From: Paracoccaceae bacterium
Lineage (GTDB): Bacteria; Pseudomonadota; Alphaproteobacteria; Rhodobacterales; Rhodobacteraceae
NCBI GenBank assembly: GCA_027000645.1
Contig: JALTNO010000272.1
Coordinates: forward strand, 1 to 43,811
DNA: 43,811 nucleotides
Direction of reading: 5' to 3'
Below, piece after piece: positions 8,173-17,500 of the stretch; position 1 is the first letter of the stretch; each line of letters starts with the position of its first letter. The notes under the pieces were generated by a model. The model had not been told where the DNA came from and did no database searches. It saw only the letters and a program-made list of their open reading frames with translations. The position numbers were made by a program, and so were the translations under genes.

Positions 8173-9624
8173 ATGCTCGATCTCATCAATGTCAGCTATG
8201 ACACCCGGATTCCCAACAATGTGGGGCTGAGCTCCGACAAGCGCGTGCTCAAGGCGCTGGAGAAATGGCACCCCGGCTACATCAACTGGTGGAACGACCT
8301 GATCCCGCGCAAGTTCCAGGAAAGCCTGATCTACCTGCGCACCGCGGTCAGCGTCGATCCCAAGGGTTGGGCCAAGTTCGACTATGTGAAGATGCCCGAA
8401 TACCGCTGGGGCATCCTGCTGGCGCCCAAGGTCGAGGGGCGGATCATCCCCTGCGGCGAACATTACGGCGAACCTGCCTGGCAGGAGGTGCCCGGCGAAT
8501 ATCGCGCCATGCTGCGCCGGCTGATCGTGATCCAGGGCGATACGGAACCGGCCAGCGTCGAGCAGCAGCGGTTCCTCGCGCTTACCGCGCCGTCGCTCTA
8601 CGACATGCGCAACCTCTTTCAGGTCAACGTGGAAGAGGGCCGGCACCTGTGGGCCATGGTCTATCTGCTGCACAAGTATTTCGGCCGCGACGGGCGCGAG
8701 GAGGCCGACGAGCTGCTGCGCCGCCAGTCGGGCAGCGAAGAGGCGCCCCGCCTGCTGGGCGCGTTCAACGAGGAAACGCCGGACTGGCTTTCCTTCTTCA
8801 TGTTCACCTATTTCACCGACCGCGACGGCAAGATGCAGCTGGAAAGCCTCGCCCAGTCGGGCTTCGATCCGCTGTCGCGGTCGTGCCGGTTCATGCTGAC
8901 CGAAGAGGCGCACCACATGTTCGTGGGCGAAACCGGGGTGGGCCGCACCATCCAGCGCACCTGCGAGGCCATGCGCGAGGCCGGCATCGACGATCCCTTC
9001 GACGTGGACCGGGTGCGCGATCTTGGCGTGATCGACCTGCCGCTGATCCAGAAGAAGCTGAACCTGCACTACACGCTGTCGCTGGACCTGTTCGGGCAGG
9101 AGGTCTCGACCAACGCCGCCAACGCCTTCAACGCCGGTATCAAGGGCCGCTATCACGAGAACAGGCTCGACGACGACCACCAGCTCAAGGACGCCACCTA
9201 TCCGGTCTGGAACTTCGTCGATGGCAAGCTGGTGCGCGAGGAGGTGCCTGCGCTGACCGCGATCAACATGCGCCTGCGCGACGACTACACCAAGGACGCC
9301 GCCGGGGGCGTGGGCCGCTGGAACAAGATCATCGAGAAGGCGGGCATCGAGTTCGAGCTGAAGCTGCCGCACGAGGCGTTCCATCGCCAGATCGGCGTCT
9401 TCGCCGGCAAGACCTTCGACCCCGAGGGCAATCTGCTGACCCAGGCCGAATACGAGGCCCGCAAGGGCGAGTGGCTGCCCAACAAGACGGACGGGGATTT
9501 CATCCAGTCGCTGATGAAGCAGGTGACCGAGCCCGGCAAGTATGCGGGCTGGATTGCGCCGCCGAAGGTTGGTATCGACAACAAGCCGGGCGACTTCGAA
9601 TACGTGAAGCTGCACATGGCCTGA
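8173..9624 (+). CDS. boxB: Benzoyl-CoA 2,3-epoxidase, di-iron oxygenase subunit
   Basis: GGAGG SD. 'IPNNVGL', 'QGDTEPASVEQQ', di-iron ExxH motifs 'VEEGRHLWAM' and 'TEEAHHMF'. Confidence 0.97.
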   Translation: MLDLINVSYDTRIPNNVGLSSDKRVLKALEKWHPGYINWWNDLIPRKFQESLIYLRTAVSVDPKGWAKFDYVKMPEYRWGILLAPKVEGRIIPCGEHYGEPAWQEVPGEYRAMLRRLIVIQGDTEPASVEQQRFLALTAPSLYDMRNLFQVNVEEGRHLWAMVYLLHKYFGRDGREEADELLRRQSGSEEAPRLLGAFNEETPDWLSFFMFTYFTDRDGKMQLESLAQSGFDPLSRSCRFMLTEEAHHMFVGETGVGRTIQRTCEAMREAGIDDPFDVDRVRDLGVIDLPLIQKKLNLHYTLSLDLFGQEVSTNAANAFNAGIKGRYHENRLDDDHQLKDATYPVWNFVDGKLVREEVPALTAINMRLRDDYTKDAAGGVGRWNKIIEKAGIEFELKLPHEAFHRQIGVFAGKTFDPEGNLLTQAEYEARKGEWLPNKTDGDFIQSLMKQVTEPGKYAGWIAPPKVGIDNKPGDFEYVKLHMA

Positions 9625-9646
9625 ACACGGGCCTGGCCGGCTCCGG

Positions 9647-9671
9647 CCCCGGGGGCGTTCTGTCTCCGGGG
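9647..9671 (+). other. Stem-loop between boxB and the small Cys-rich ORF
   Basis: CCCCGGGGGCG-TTC-TGTCTCCGGGG, 11-bp stem with G-U pairs, no U-tract. Confidence 0.4.
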
Positions 9672-9700
9672 ACATCGGCAACTCCGAGGCAGAGGCGCAA

Positions 9701-9874
9701 ATGATTGTCAGTCGCGACCGAACACCCGACCGTCACACGAAGGTCCTGCAGGAACGTCTCATGGCGTTGCACGGGCCCTGCGTCGGCTGCAAGGGGTGCA
9801 CCGGCCTGTGCCCGGCCCTGATCGACCTTCTGACCCTTCCCGACCTGATCCTCGCCCGGGCGCATCACGCATGA
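9701..9874 (+). CDS. Small 57-aa Cys-rich protein with a CxxCxxCxxxCP motif (not in the ORF track)
   Basis: Manual translation MIVSRDRTPDRHTKVLQERLMALHGPCVGCKGCTGLCPALIDLLTLPDLILARAHHA*. GAGG SD at 9692-9695. Its stop overlaps the boxA start (ATGA 9871-9874). It fills the boxB-boxA gap. Confidence 0.75.
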   Translation: MIVSRDRTPDRHTKVLQERLMALHGPCVGCKGCTGLCPALIDLLTLPDLILARAHHA

Positions 9875-11058
9875 CGAAGCCTTTCAAGCAGCACCTGATC
9901 GACCCGGAAATCTGCATCCGCTGCTACACCTGCGAGATGACCTGCGGGCTGGAGGCGATCACCCATGACGACAACAACGTCGTGGTGGACGCGGAAAAAT
10001 GCAACTACTGCATGGATTGCATCCCCGTCTGCCCGACCGGTTCGATCGACAACTGGCGGGTGGTGGAAGAGCCCTATTCCCTGGAAGAGCAGTTCGGCTG
10101 GGACGAGCTGCCCGAACAGGCCGAGATTGCCGCTGCCGAGGAATCCGACAGCGAGGCCCTCGACGACGCGGTGGCCGCACTTCTGGCCGATGCCCATGCC
10201 GGGGCCGGCGGCCGCGCGCGCGCCCCGGCCAGCGCGGCAAAGCCCACGATCAACATGTACAGCCTTGCCCGCCCGGCCGAGGCGCGGGTGCAGGGCAACT
10301 ACCGCCTGACCGAGGAGGGCAGTGACAGCGACGTGCGCCACATCATCCTCGATCTCGGGGCCACGCCGTTCCCGGTGCTCGAGGGGCAGAGCGTCGGCAT
10401 CATCCCCCCCGGCACCGATGCCGAAGGAAAGCCCCACCTGCCACGGCTCTACTCGGTCTCCAGCCCGCGCGACGGCGAGCGGCCCGGCTTCAACAATCTG
10501 TCGCTGACCGTCAAGCGGGTCGAAGGCGGGGTGTGTTCCAACTATGTCTGCGACCTGAAGAAGGGCGACACCGTGCGCCTGACCGGGCCGTTCGGGTCCA
10601 CCTTCCTGATGCCCTCGGACCCGCAGGCGCATCTGCTGATGATCTGCACCGGCACCGGCTCGGCCCCGTTCCGCGCCTTCACCATGCACCGCCAGCGCGA
10701 GTTTCCCGGCCTGAAGGATTCGCTGACGCTGGTTTTCGGCGCGCGTCGGCCCGGAGAGCTGCCCTATTTCGGCCCGCTGGGAAAGGTGCCCGAAAGTTTC
10801 ATGCGCAAGCTGTTCGCCTTTTCCCGGCAGGAGGATGCGCCCAAGCAGTACGTCCAGGACAAGCTGCGCGAGGAAGACGACCGTATCGCCGCCATCCTGC
10901 GCGACCCGAAGGGCCATGTCTATGTCTGCGGACTGAAGGCGATGGAGCAGGGCGTGAACGAGGCGCTCGCCGATATTGCCCGTGGTGCCGGGCTGAACTG
11001 GTCCGAGCTGCGCGACACCATGCGCGACGAAGGCCGTTATCACGTGGAAACCTATTGA
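9871..11058 (+). CDS. boxA: Benzoyl-CoA epoxidase reductase subunit (2x[4Fe-4S] ferredoxin domain plus FNR-like FAD/NADPH domain)
   Basis: 'KQHLIDPEICIRCYTCEMTC', 'CNYCMDCIPVCPTGSID', 'RLYSVSS', 'MICTGTGSAPFR', C-terminal 'RYHVETY'. Confidence 0.96.
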   Translation: MTKPFKQHLIDPEICIRCYTCEMTCGLEAITHDDNNVVVDAEKCNYCMDCIPVCPTGSIDNWRVVEEPYSLEEQFGWDELPEQAEIAAAEESDSEALDDAVAALLADAHAGAGGRARAPASAAKPTINMYSLARPAEARVQGNYRLTEEGSDSDVRHIILDLGATPFPVLEGQSVGIIPPGTDAEGKPHLPRLYSVSSPRDGERPGFNNLSLTVKRVEGGVCSNYVCDLKKGDTVRLTGPFGSTFLMPSDPQAHLLMICTGTGSAPFRAFTMHRQREFPGLKDSLTLVFGARRPGELPYFGPLGKVPESFMRKLFAFSRQEDAPKQYVQDKLREEDDRIAAILRDPKGHVYVCGLKAMEQGVNEALADIARGAGLNWSELRDTMRDEGRYHVETY

Positions 11059-11535
11059 ATGACGATACAGGAACAGACACCGGTGCAGACCACCTTCACC
11101 CATGACGTGCGCGTCGGCTGGGGCCATTGCGACCCGGCCCGCATCGCCTATACCGGTCATATCCCGTGGTTCGCGCTCGAAGCGATCGACGCCTGGTGGG
11201 AAGCCCACATCGCCGGGCTGGGCTGGTACCAGCTCAACCTGGACCGCAACATCGGAACGCCGTTCGTGCATCTGAGCATGGATTTCCGGTCCCCGATCAC
11301 CCCCCGCCATCCGCTGCGCTGCGAGGTGGCGCCGGTGCGGATCGGCAATTCTTCGATCGAGTTCCGCGTGCTCGGGCGGCAGGACGGGAAACTGTGTTTC
11401 GAAGGCCGGTTCGTCAGCGTTTTCGTCGAATCCGACAGCCACGCGAGGTCGATCCCCGCCCCGCCCGACATCCGCGCCATCGTGGAGCCTCTCATTGCGG
11501 CGAACACGCACAATAATGCAGGTTCCATGGACTGA
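11059..11535 (+). CDS. Acyl-CoA thioesterase, hotdog fold (4-hydroxybenzoyl-CoA thioesterase-like)
   Basis: 'VRVGWGHCDPARIAY', 'GTPFVHLSMDFRSP', 'RIGNSSIEF'. Abuts the boxA stop. Confidence 0.85.
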   Translation: MTIQEQTPVQTTFTHDVRVGWGHCDPARIAYTGHIPWFALEAIDAWWEAHIAGLGWYQLNLDRNIGTPFVHLSMDFRSPITPRHPLRCEVAPVRIGNSSIEFRVLGRQDGKLCFEGRFVSVFVESDSHARSIPAPPDIRAIVEPLIAANTHNNAGSMD

Positions 11536-11594
11536 CCGGGGAATTTCATTTGAACCATCCGGTGCTGCATCGTAGGTTTGTGCAATATTTTTCA
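11507..11594. promoter_or_regulatory. BoxR-type boxes upstream of boxR (possible autoregulation)
   Basis: CGCA-CAATAA-TGCA (11507-11520, inside the thioesterase 3' end) and TGCA-ATATTT-TTCA (11581-11594). Confidence 0.55.
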
Positions 11595-11608
11595 TAACCA
11601 GCGGCGCC

Positions 11609-12526
11609 ATGACCGAGATCACCAACTTTCGCGGCGAAGCCGAACCGCAGTCCCGGGAAAGCCGGATCGAGCAATCGGTTTCCGAGCTGATCCGCCGCGT
11701 GGGCGAGAGGGTGCGCAAGGCGCGCGAACGCAAGGGCATTCCGCGCCGCGTCCTGTCCGAGATGTCCGGCGTCTCTCCGCGCTACCTGGCGCAGCTCGAG
11801 GCGGGCGAGGGCAATATCTCGATCGGGCTGCTTCAGCGGGTGGCGCTGGCACTGGATCATCGGGTCGAGTGGTTGGTGGGCGAAGAGGATCCGTGGTCCT
11901 CGGACGCGCTGCGGGTGGCCGAGCTGTTCCGCGCGGCGCCGGCGGATGTGCAGCAGTCGGTGCTGCGGGCGCTCAACCCCGAACCGGCCGAGGTGATGCG
12001 CGCCCACCGGATCTGTCTGATCGGCTTGCGCGGGGCCGGGAAATCGACCCTGGGCGCGCTGGCGGGGCAGGCGCTGAACATCCCCTTCGTGGAGCTCAAC
12101 GCCGAGATCGAGGAACAGAGCGGCATGGCGGTCAGCGAGGTGATCGCGCTTTACGGCCAGGAAGGCTATCGCCGGCTCGAGGCACAGGCGATCGAGCGGA
12201 TCATCGCCACCCATGACACGATGATCCTTGCCGCCGCCGGCGGGGTGGTTGCCGATCCCGAAACCTACAACACGCTGCTGGGCCATTTTCACACCGTCTG
12301 GCTGCGCACCACGCCGGAAGAGCACATGGCGCGGGTCCGCGCGCAGGGGGATGAGCGCCCGATGGCCGGCAACCCCGAGGCGATGGAGCAGCTCAAGTCC
12401 ATCCTCACCAGCCGCGAGACGCTGTATGCCCGGGCGCTGGCGCAACTGGATACGTCGGGCCAGTCGGTGGAATCCTCGCTGGCCCGGCTCTTGCGGCTGA
12501 TCGAGGACCGCAAGTTCCTGTCCTGA
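11609..12526 (+). CDS. boxR: BoxR/BzdR-family transcriptional repressor (XRE HTH plus shikimate-kinase-like benzoyl-CoA sensor)
   Basis: N-terminal 'SGVSPRYLAQLEAGEGNISI' HTH, then 'ICLIGLRGAGKSTLG' P-loop and 'PEEHMARVRAQGDERPM'. Confidence 0.93.
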   Translation: MTEITNFRGEAEPQSRESRIEQSVSELIRRVGERVRKARERKGIPRRVLSEMSGVSPRYLAQLEAGEGNISIGLLQRVALALDHRVEWLVGEEDPWSSDALRVAELFRAAPADVQQSVLRALNPEPAEVMRAHRICLIGLRGAGKSTLGALAGQALNIPFVELNAEIEEQSGMAVSEVIALYGQEGYRRLEAQAIERIIATHDTMILAAAGGVVADPETYNTLLGHFHTVWLRTTPEEHMARVRAQGDERPMAGNPEAMEQLKSILTSRETLYARALAQLDTSGQSVESSLARLLRLIEDRKFLS

Positions 12527-12538
12527 AACGAGCCGCCG

Positions 12539-14581
12539 TCAATCCACGCGAATGGTCGCCCGGTCGGTCCGGCCGTCGGCATCGATGACCACCAGCGTGG
12601 TGAAACCTGTCCCGGGCGAGGGGATCTCGAATTCGCGCTGCCTTTGCCCGGTTGCCACCGGCCGGCCGTTTTCCAGCACCGTGTAGGGCGCGGTGCCGCC
12701 GCGCAGCTTGACCGGAACCACCCCGCCGGTATCGGCCAGCCGTGCGCCGTCCGGGGGGAAGCTCAGCCGCACGGCATCATCAGGCCGGGAAAAGGCGGCA
12801 TCGCGCGGCCGGAACCGGCGCAGCGGCGGCGGAAGTTCCGCGTTGCCGGCGAACGGCACCGCCCGGGGCGGTGGCGGCAGCGGATCGAAATCGGGCTTCA
12901 GCCGGCCGAAGGCTTCGAACAGCACCGGCGCGGCCATCTCGCCCCCGAAGGCGCCCGGAACCGGCGTGCCGTCGGCCCGGCCCATCCAGACGCCGACCAC
13001 GTGCCGCCCGTCCCAGCCGATCGCCCAGGCGTCCCGGTTGCCGTAGGAGGTGCCGGTCTTGTAGGCGACGCGCCCGGCCGGCGCCCCCGGCGGCGGGGAA
13101 AGCTCCGACAGGATGTCGCCCAGCTGCCAGGCGGCAACGGCCGACATGATCCTCCCGCCCCGGCGCGCCGGGGTGTCCGGCGTCTCGCGCAGGATCGGCC
13201 CCTGCCCGCCCTCGGCCAGCGCGGCGTAAAGCTGGACCAGGTCGCGCAGGCTCAGCCCCACGCCGCCCAGCGCCACCGCCAGCCCCGGCACGCCCGAAGG
13301 CAGGCGCGGCGCCAGGCCCGCCGCCCGCAACCCGGCCATCAGCCGGGCCGGGCCCAGTTCGTCCGTCAGCATCACCGCCGGCACGTTCAACGACAGCTGC
13401 AGCGCATCGCGCACCCGCACATCGCCGCGGAAGCGGCCGTCGAAATTGCGCGGCGCATAGCGGCCGAAGGTCACCGGTCCGTCGCGGACAAGCGTTTCGG
13501 GATGCACCAGCCCCCGGTCGAACGCCATCCCGTAGATCAGCGGCTTGAGCGTCGAGCCGGGCGAGCGGATCGCCCGCGTCATGTCCACGAAGCCCTGCCG
13601 CCCGTCGCGGGCCTCGTACCCGGCCGAACCGACCGAGGCGATGATCTCTCCGGTGCGATGATCGGTAACGAGGATCGCGGCGGAAACCCGCGGCCCGGCC
13701 CCGCGGGCTGCCTCGCGCGCCAGGCGTTCAAGCGCCGCCTGCACCCCCGCGTCGATGGTGGTTTCGATCCGGTCGGCGCCGGGCCTGTCCGCACGCAGCC
13801 GGTCGGCAAGATGCGCGGCCAGCCTGGGAAACGCGCGCATCCGGGTCGGAACGGGTTCGCGCCGTGCGGCCGCCACGGTCTCGGCGCCAAGGATGCCGCG
13901 CGCCTGCATCCGCGCGAGAACCCGGTTGCGCGCCGCCCGCGCCGCTGCGGGGTTGCGGTCGGGGCGGCGGCTCTCGGGCGCCTGCGGCAGCGCCACCAGC
14001 AATGCCGCCTCGGCCGGAGTCAGGCGGGCGGGCTCCTTGCCGAACCATGCCAGCGCCGCCGCCCGCACCCCTTCGAGGTTGCCGCCATAGGGCGCGTGGG
14101 TGAGGTAGAGCGCAAGGATCTGCGCCTTGCTCAGCCGCCGCTCCAGCGCCAGCGCTACCCGGATCTGGCGCAGCTTGGCGCTCCAGCGTCCGGTGGGGCC
14201 GTCCTCGATCAGCCGCGCAACCTGCATGGTCAGGGTCGAGCCCCCCGACACCACCCGCCGGTTCCACGCTGCCTGACCTGCCGCCCGCAGCAGCGCCAGC
14301 GGATCGACCCCCCGGTGGCGGAAGAACCGCCGGTCCTCCCAGATCAGCAGCATGGACAGCAGCCGCGGATCGACCGCCCCGGCCCGCGGCACCAGTCGCC
14401 ACAGCCCGTCCCCGACCTGATAGGCGCGCAGCAATGCGCCATCGCGGTCGCGCAGCTCGGTCGAGGTTGCCGACAGAACCGGCGGCAGGCGGGTCCGGTC
14501 CACCCAGCCGTCGAAGGCATCGCGCAGCCCCGCCGCCGCGAACAGCAGCAACGCGAGAAGAAGGATGCCGTGCCGCCTCAT
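12539..14581 (-). CDS. pbpC: Penicillin-binding protein 1C
   Basis: Transglycosylase motifs 'EDRRF', 'GGSTLTMQVAR', 'PYGGNLEG'. Transpeptidase motifs 'STLK', 'SLN', 'KTGT'. Start overlaps the macroglobulin stop. Confidence 0.93.
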   Translation of the reverse strand: MRRHGILLLALLLFAAAGLRDAFDGWVDRTRLPPVLSATSTELRDRDGALLRAYQVGDGLWRLVPRAGAVDPRLLSMLLIWEDRRFFRHRGVDPLALLRAAGQAAWNRRVVSGGSTLTMQVARLIEDGPTGRWSAKLRQIRVALALERRLSKAQILALYLTHAPYGGNLEGVRAAALAWFGKEPARLTPAEAALLVALPQAPESRRPDRNPAAARAARNRVLARMQARGILGAETVAAARREPVPTRMRAFPRLAAHLADRLRADRPGADRIETTIDAGVQAALERLAREAARGAGPRVSAAILVTDHRTGEIIASVGSAGYEARDGRQGFVDMTRAIRSPGSTLKPLIYGMAFDRGLVHPETLVRDGPVTFGRYAPRNFDGRFRGDVRVRDALQLSLNVPAVMLTDELGPARLMAGLRAAGLAPRLPSGVPGLAVALGGVGLSLRDLVQLYAALAEGGQGPILRETPDTPARRGGRIMSAVAAWQLGDILSELSPPPGAPAGRVAYKTGTSYGNRDAWAIGWDGRHVVGVWMGRADGTPVPGAFGGEMAAPVLFEAFGRLKPDFDPLPPPPRAVPFAGNAELPPPLRRFRPRDAAFSRPDDAVRLSFPPDGARLADTGGVVPVKLRGGTAPYTVLENGRPVATGQRQREFEIPSPGTGFTTLVVIDADGRTDRATIRVD

Positions 14582-17500
14582 TCCCCGATCGAGACGCTGC
14601 CGGTCCCGGTCCAGGCGCGCAGGCGCGGGCGATACATGTCCTCGACCAGCGCCGCCGGCCTGTGGAACTGCCCGGGGCTGACGGCGCGGGCCACATAGGC
14701 CAGCGTCACCTTCCCGACTCCCGCCCGCAGGTCCACCGCCGCGAGGAACCGGTCGGTGCGGAACTCGGCATGCGCTGCATCATCTGTAGCCAGCCAGCCC
14801 AGCGCCGCCACGTCGCCCGAGCGCAGCAGGTTCGGGTTGTCGATCTCGATCCCGGCCGGAAGCGGATCGTCCACCATCAGCCGCGCCCCCGCACGTTCGA
14901 GCGAGCTCACCTCGATCACGGTGACGAAGCGGTCTCCGACGGCGAAGGCGGCACCTTCAAGCGGCGTGCCGTCCATCGCGTAGTAACTGCGCGTGATGCG
15001 ATAGCCCGCCCCGCCCGCCGGTGGCGCGACCTCGGGCACGCCCAGCGTGGTCAGCGTGATATCGGTGGCGCGCCCGCCGGCGGAGGTGATCGTCATGTCC
15101 CCTGCCCGCCCGTCATCGGCCCGCACCCGGACGAAGGGGCCGGAGACCGCCCGCCCGTTCACGCGCAGCCCGGAGCGTTCGGGCTCGGACACCAGCGCGT
15201 TCGCCGCCAGCAGCGTCCAAGCGCTTTCCTGGGTCGAACGCCGCCCCTGACCCGGTCCCACCCGAAGTGCCAGCGCGTCGAGATCTACCGCCTCGCTTCC
15301 GGTTTCGGCGGCCAGCGCCAGCACCCCGGCCGCGTCCCGCAGCGCGGTTCCGTAATCGGCGCGCCAGCGGGGCGATTCCCGCTCCTCGTCCTGGCGCTGA
15401 AGCATCTTCGCCGCCCGGCGGAACATCGCGTCGGCGCGGGTCCGGTCGCCATACATCGCCAGCGCCGCCCCCAGCTGCGCTGCTGCCAGCGGTGTGGCGA
15501 AAGCGTCGCCCCTGGCGTCGGCGTAGTAGCGCAGATCCCCCATCGCTGCGGCCCCTTCGCGGGCCAGCACCATCAGCGCATAGGCGATGGCCTCGCCGCC
15601 GCGGTCGAAATCCGCCGCCCGGTTGACGCTGTTGCGCAGGTTGTCCATCGCCTGGCGGAAGGGAAGGTCGGGCACGGCGTGACCGGCGGCGCGGGCACGG
15701 GAGAGGAAGTCGCTCACATAGGCATCCAGCCACGGATCGCCCGAATCGGGCCGCCACAACCCGAAGGCGCCGTTGGCGGCCTGTCGGGTCAGGATGCGCG
15801 AGATCGTCGCGTCGATGCGCCGCCGGATCGCGGGGCTGTCCCCCAGCCCCCCGGCCTGCGCCACCGATGACAGGTAAAGCAGCGGCAGCGCCTTCGAGGT
15901 CAGCTGCTCGGTGCAGCCATAGGGGTAGCGGTCCAGCCGTGCCAGCAACCCCGGCACGTCGAACTTCGCCAGCGGCCCGGCCGACAGGATCGCCTGCCCG
16001 GTGCCGGGCCGGTAGCCCGCGAACACGTCGTCTGTGAACAGGAAACTGTCCCCCGCCGCCAGCGAGAACCGCCGGGTTTCGGACACGACCGGATCGTTGG
16101 ACCGAACGGTCAGGCGCAGCGCCTGGCGCAGCACCCGGCCACCCGGCAGGGTCAGCGACAGCTCGATCTCCGAATCTCCCGGCGCCAGCGCCGTGACCGG
16201 CACCGCGAATTCGCGACGGCCTCCGGGTTCGAGCCGGAACCGCCCCGGGCCGGCCCCGAGGCGCAGCCCTTCGCCGCGCAGGCCAAGGTCGAGCCGCATC
16301 TCGCCCGCCGGCCCGTCGGCATGGGAAACGCGCAGCAGAATGCGCGACCGGTCGCTGGGGGCAAGAAAACGCGGCAGGTTCGCCGTCACGACCACCGGGT
16401 CGCGCACGGTCATGTCGCGTGCGGCCTGCCCCACCGAGGAGCGGCTCCATGCCACGGCCATCAGCCGCACGGTGCCGTTGAAGTCCGGCAGGGCGACATC
16501 GATCAGCGCCGATCCGTCCTCGCCCACCCGCACCGGGCCGCTGAACACCGCTACCAGGTCCTGCGTGGGCGGGGGCGACTGCATCCGCATCCCGGCCGCG
16601 CCATCGCCGCCCGAGCGCACCACGCCCATCGCCCCGTTCATGCCGTCGATCAGCCGGCCGTAGAGGTCGCGCAGTTCGACTCCCAGTCGCCTTTGCCCGA
16701 AAAAGTGCCCCTTCGGGTCCGGGCTCTCGAATCCGGTCAGGTTCAGGATCCCCAGGTCCACCGCCGCCAGCGTCAGCCAGACGGGCTCGCCCTTGCGGGC
16801 GCCGCCGACCGTCACCCGCACCGGCTGGGCCTGTCGCGGGCGAACCACCTCGGGGACGTCGATCGCCACGTCCAGAACCCGGCCCTCGGGGGTGACCGAT
16901 GCGTGCACCACGCCCAGAGCCCGGCCCGGGTTGCGCCTGGCCTGTCCGTCCAGAGGGCGGATCACGGTGGCCACCACATAAGCGCCCGCGCCCCAGTCCG
17001 CCGTCACCGGCAGCGGGATCATGGTCTCGCCCGCCTCCACCGCCACCGCCCGGCGCGCGATCACCCGGTTCGACATGACCGTGATCAGCGCGGTGCCGCG
17101 CGCCCGCGGTACGATCCGCAGCCGCGCCGTGTCGCCGGGGCGATAGCTTTCCCGATCCAGCGACATCTCCAGCCGGTCGGGCGTGGTCGCGGCATCGGCC
17201 GCCCCGTACCAGCCGGCATCGAAGGCGACCGAAGCCGCCGCGTAATCGCCGTCCGTCCGCTCGACCACCAGTTCGTAACTGCCCCAGCCCACCGGCAGGG
17301 AAAGGCGCAGCGGCGTGGCGTCCAGCGCGGCCTCGCCGGTGGCAACGCGGGTGCGGCGGGTGATCGGCTCCCATTCCCAGTTGCCGTATAGCTGATACCA
17401 CTGATAGCGCGTCTCGACCCGGTTGAGCGTCCATTTCACCCGCATCGGCATCGGTGCGAGCGTCGGCGCCAGGCCGATCACTTCGAAGGCGGCCTCGCCT

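Noticed and set aside
6430-9681. 1083-aa minus-strand ORF antisense to boxC-boxB (and similar long shadow ORFs at 451-1929, 9865-11739, 36710-38656, 40157-42358)
   Set aside because: They mirror well-supported sense genes. High-GC codon bias removes antisense stops, and they show no protein motifs.
9796-9870. N-terminal extension of boxA given in the ORF track
   Set aside because: Pro/Arg-rich junk overlapping the Cys-rich ORF in another frame. BoxA-like sequence begins at ATG 9871.
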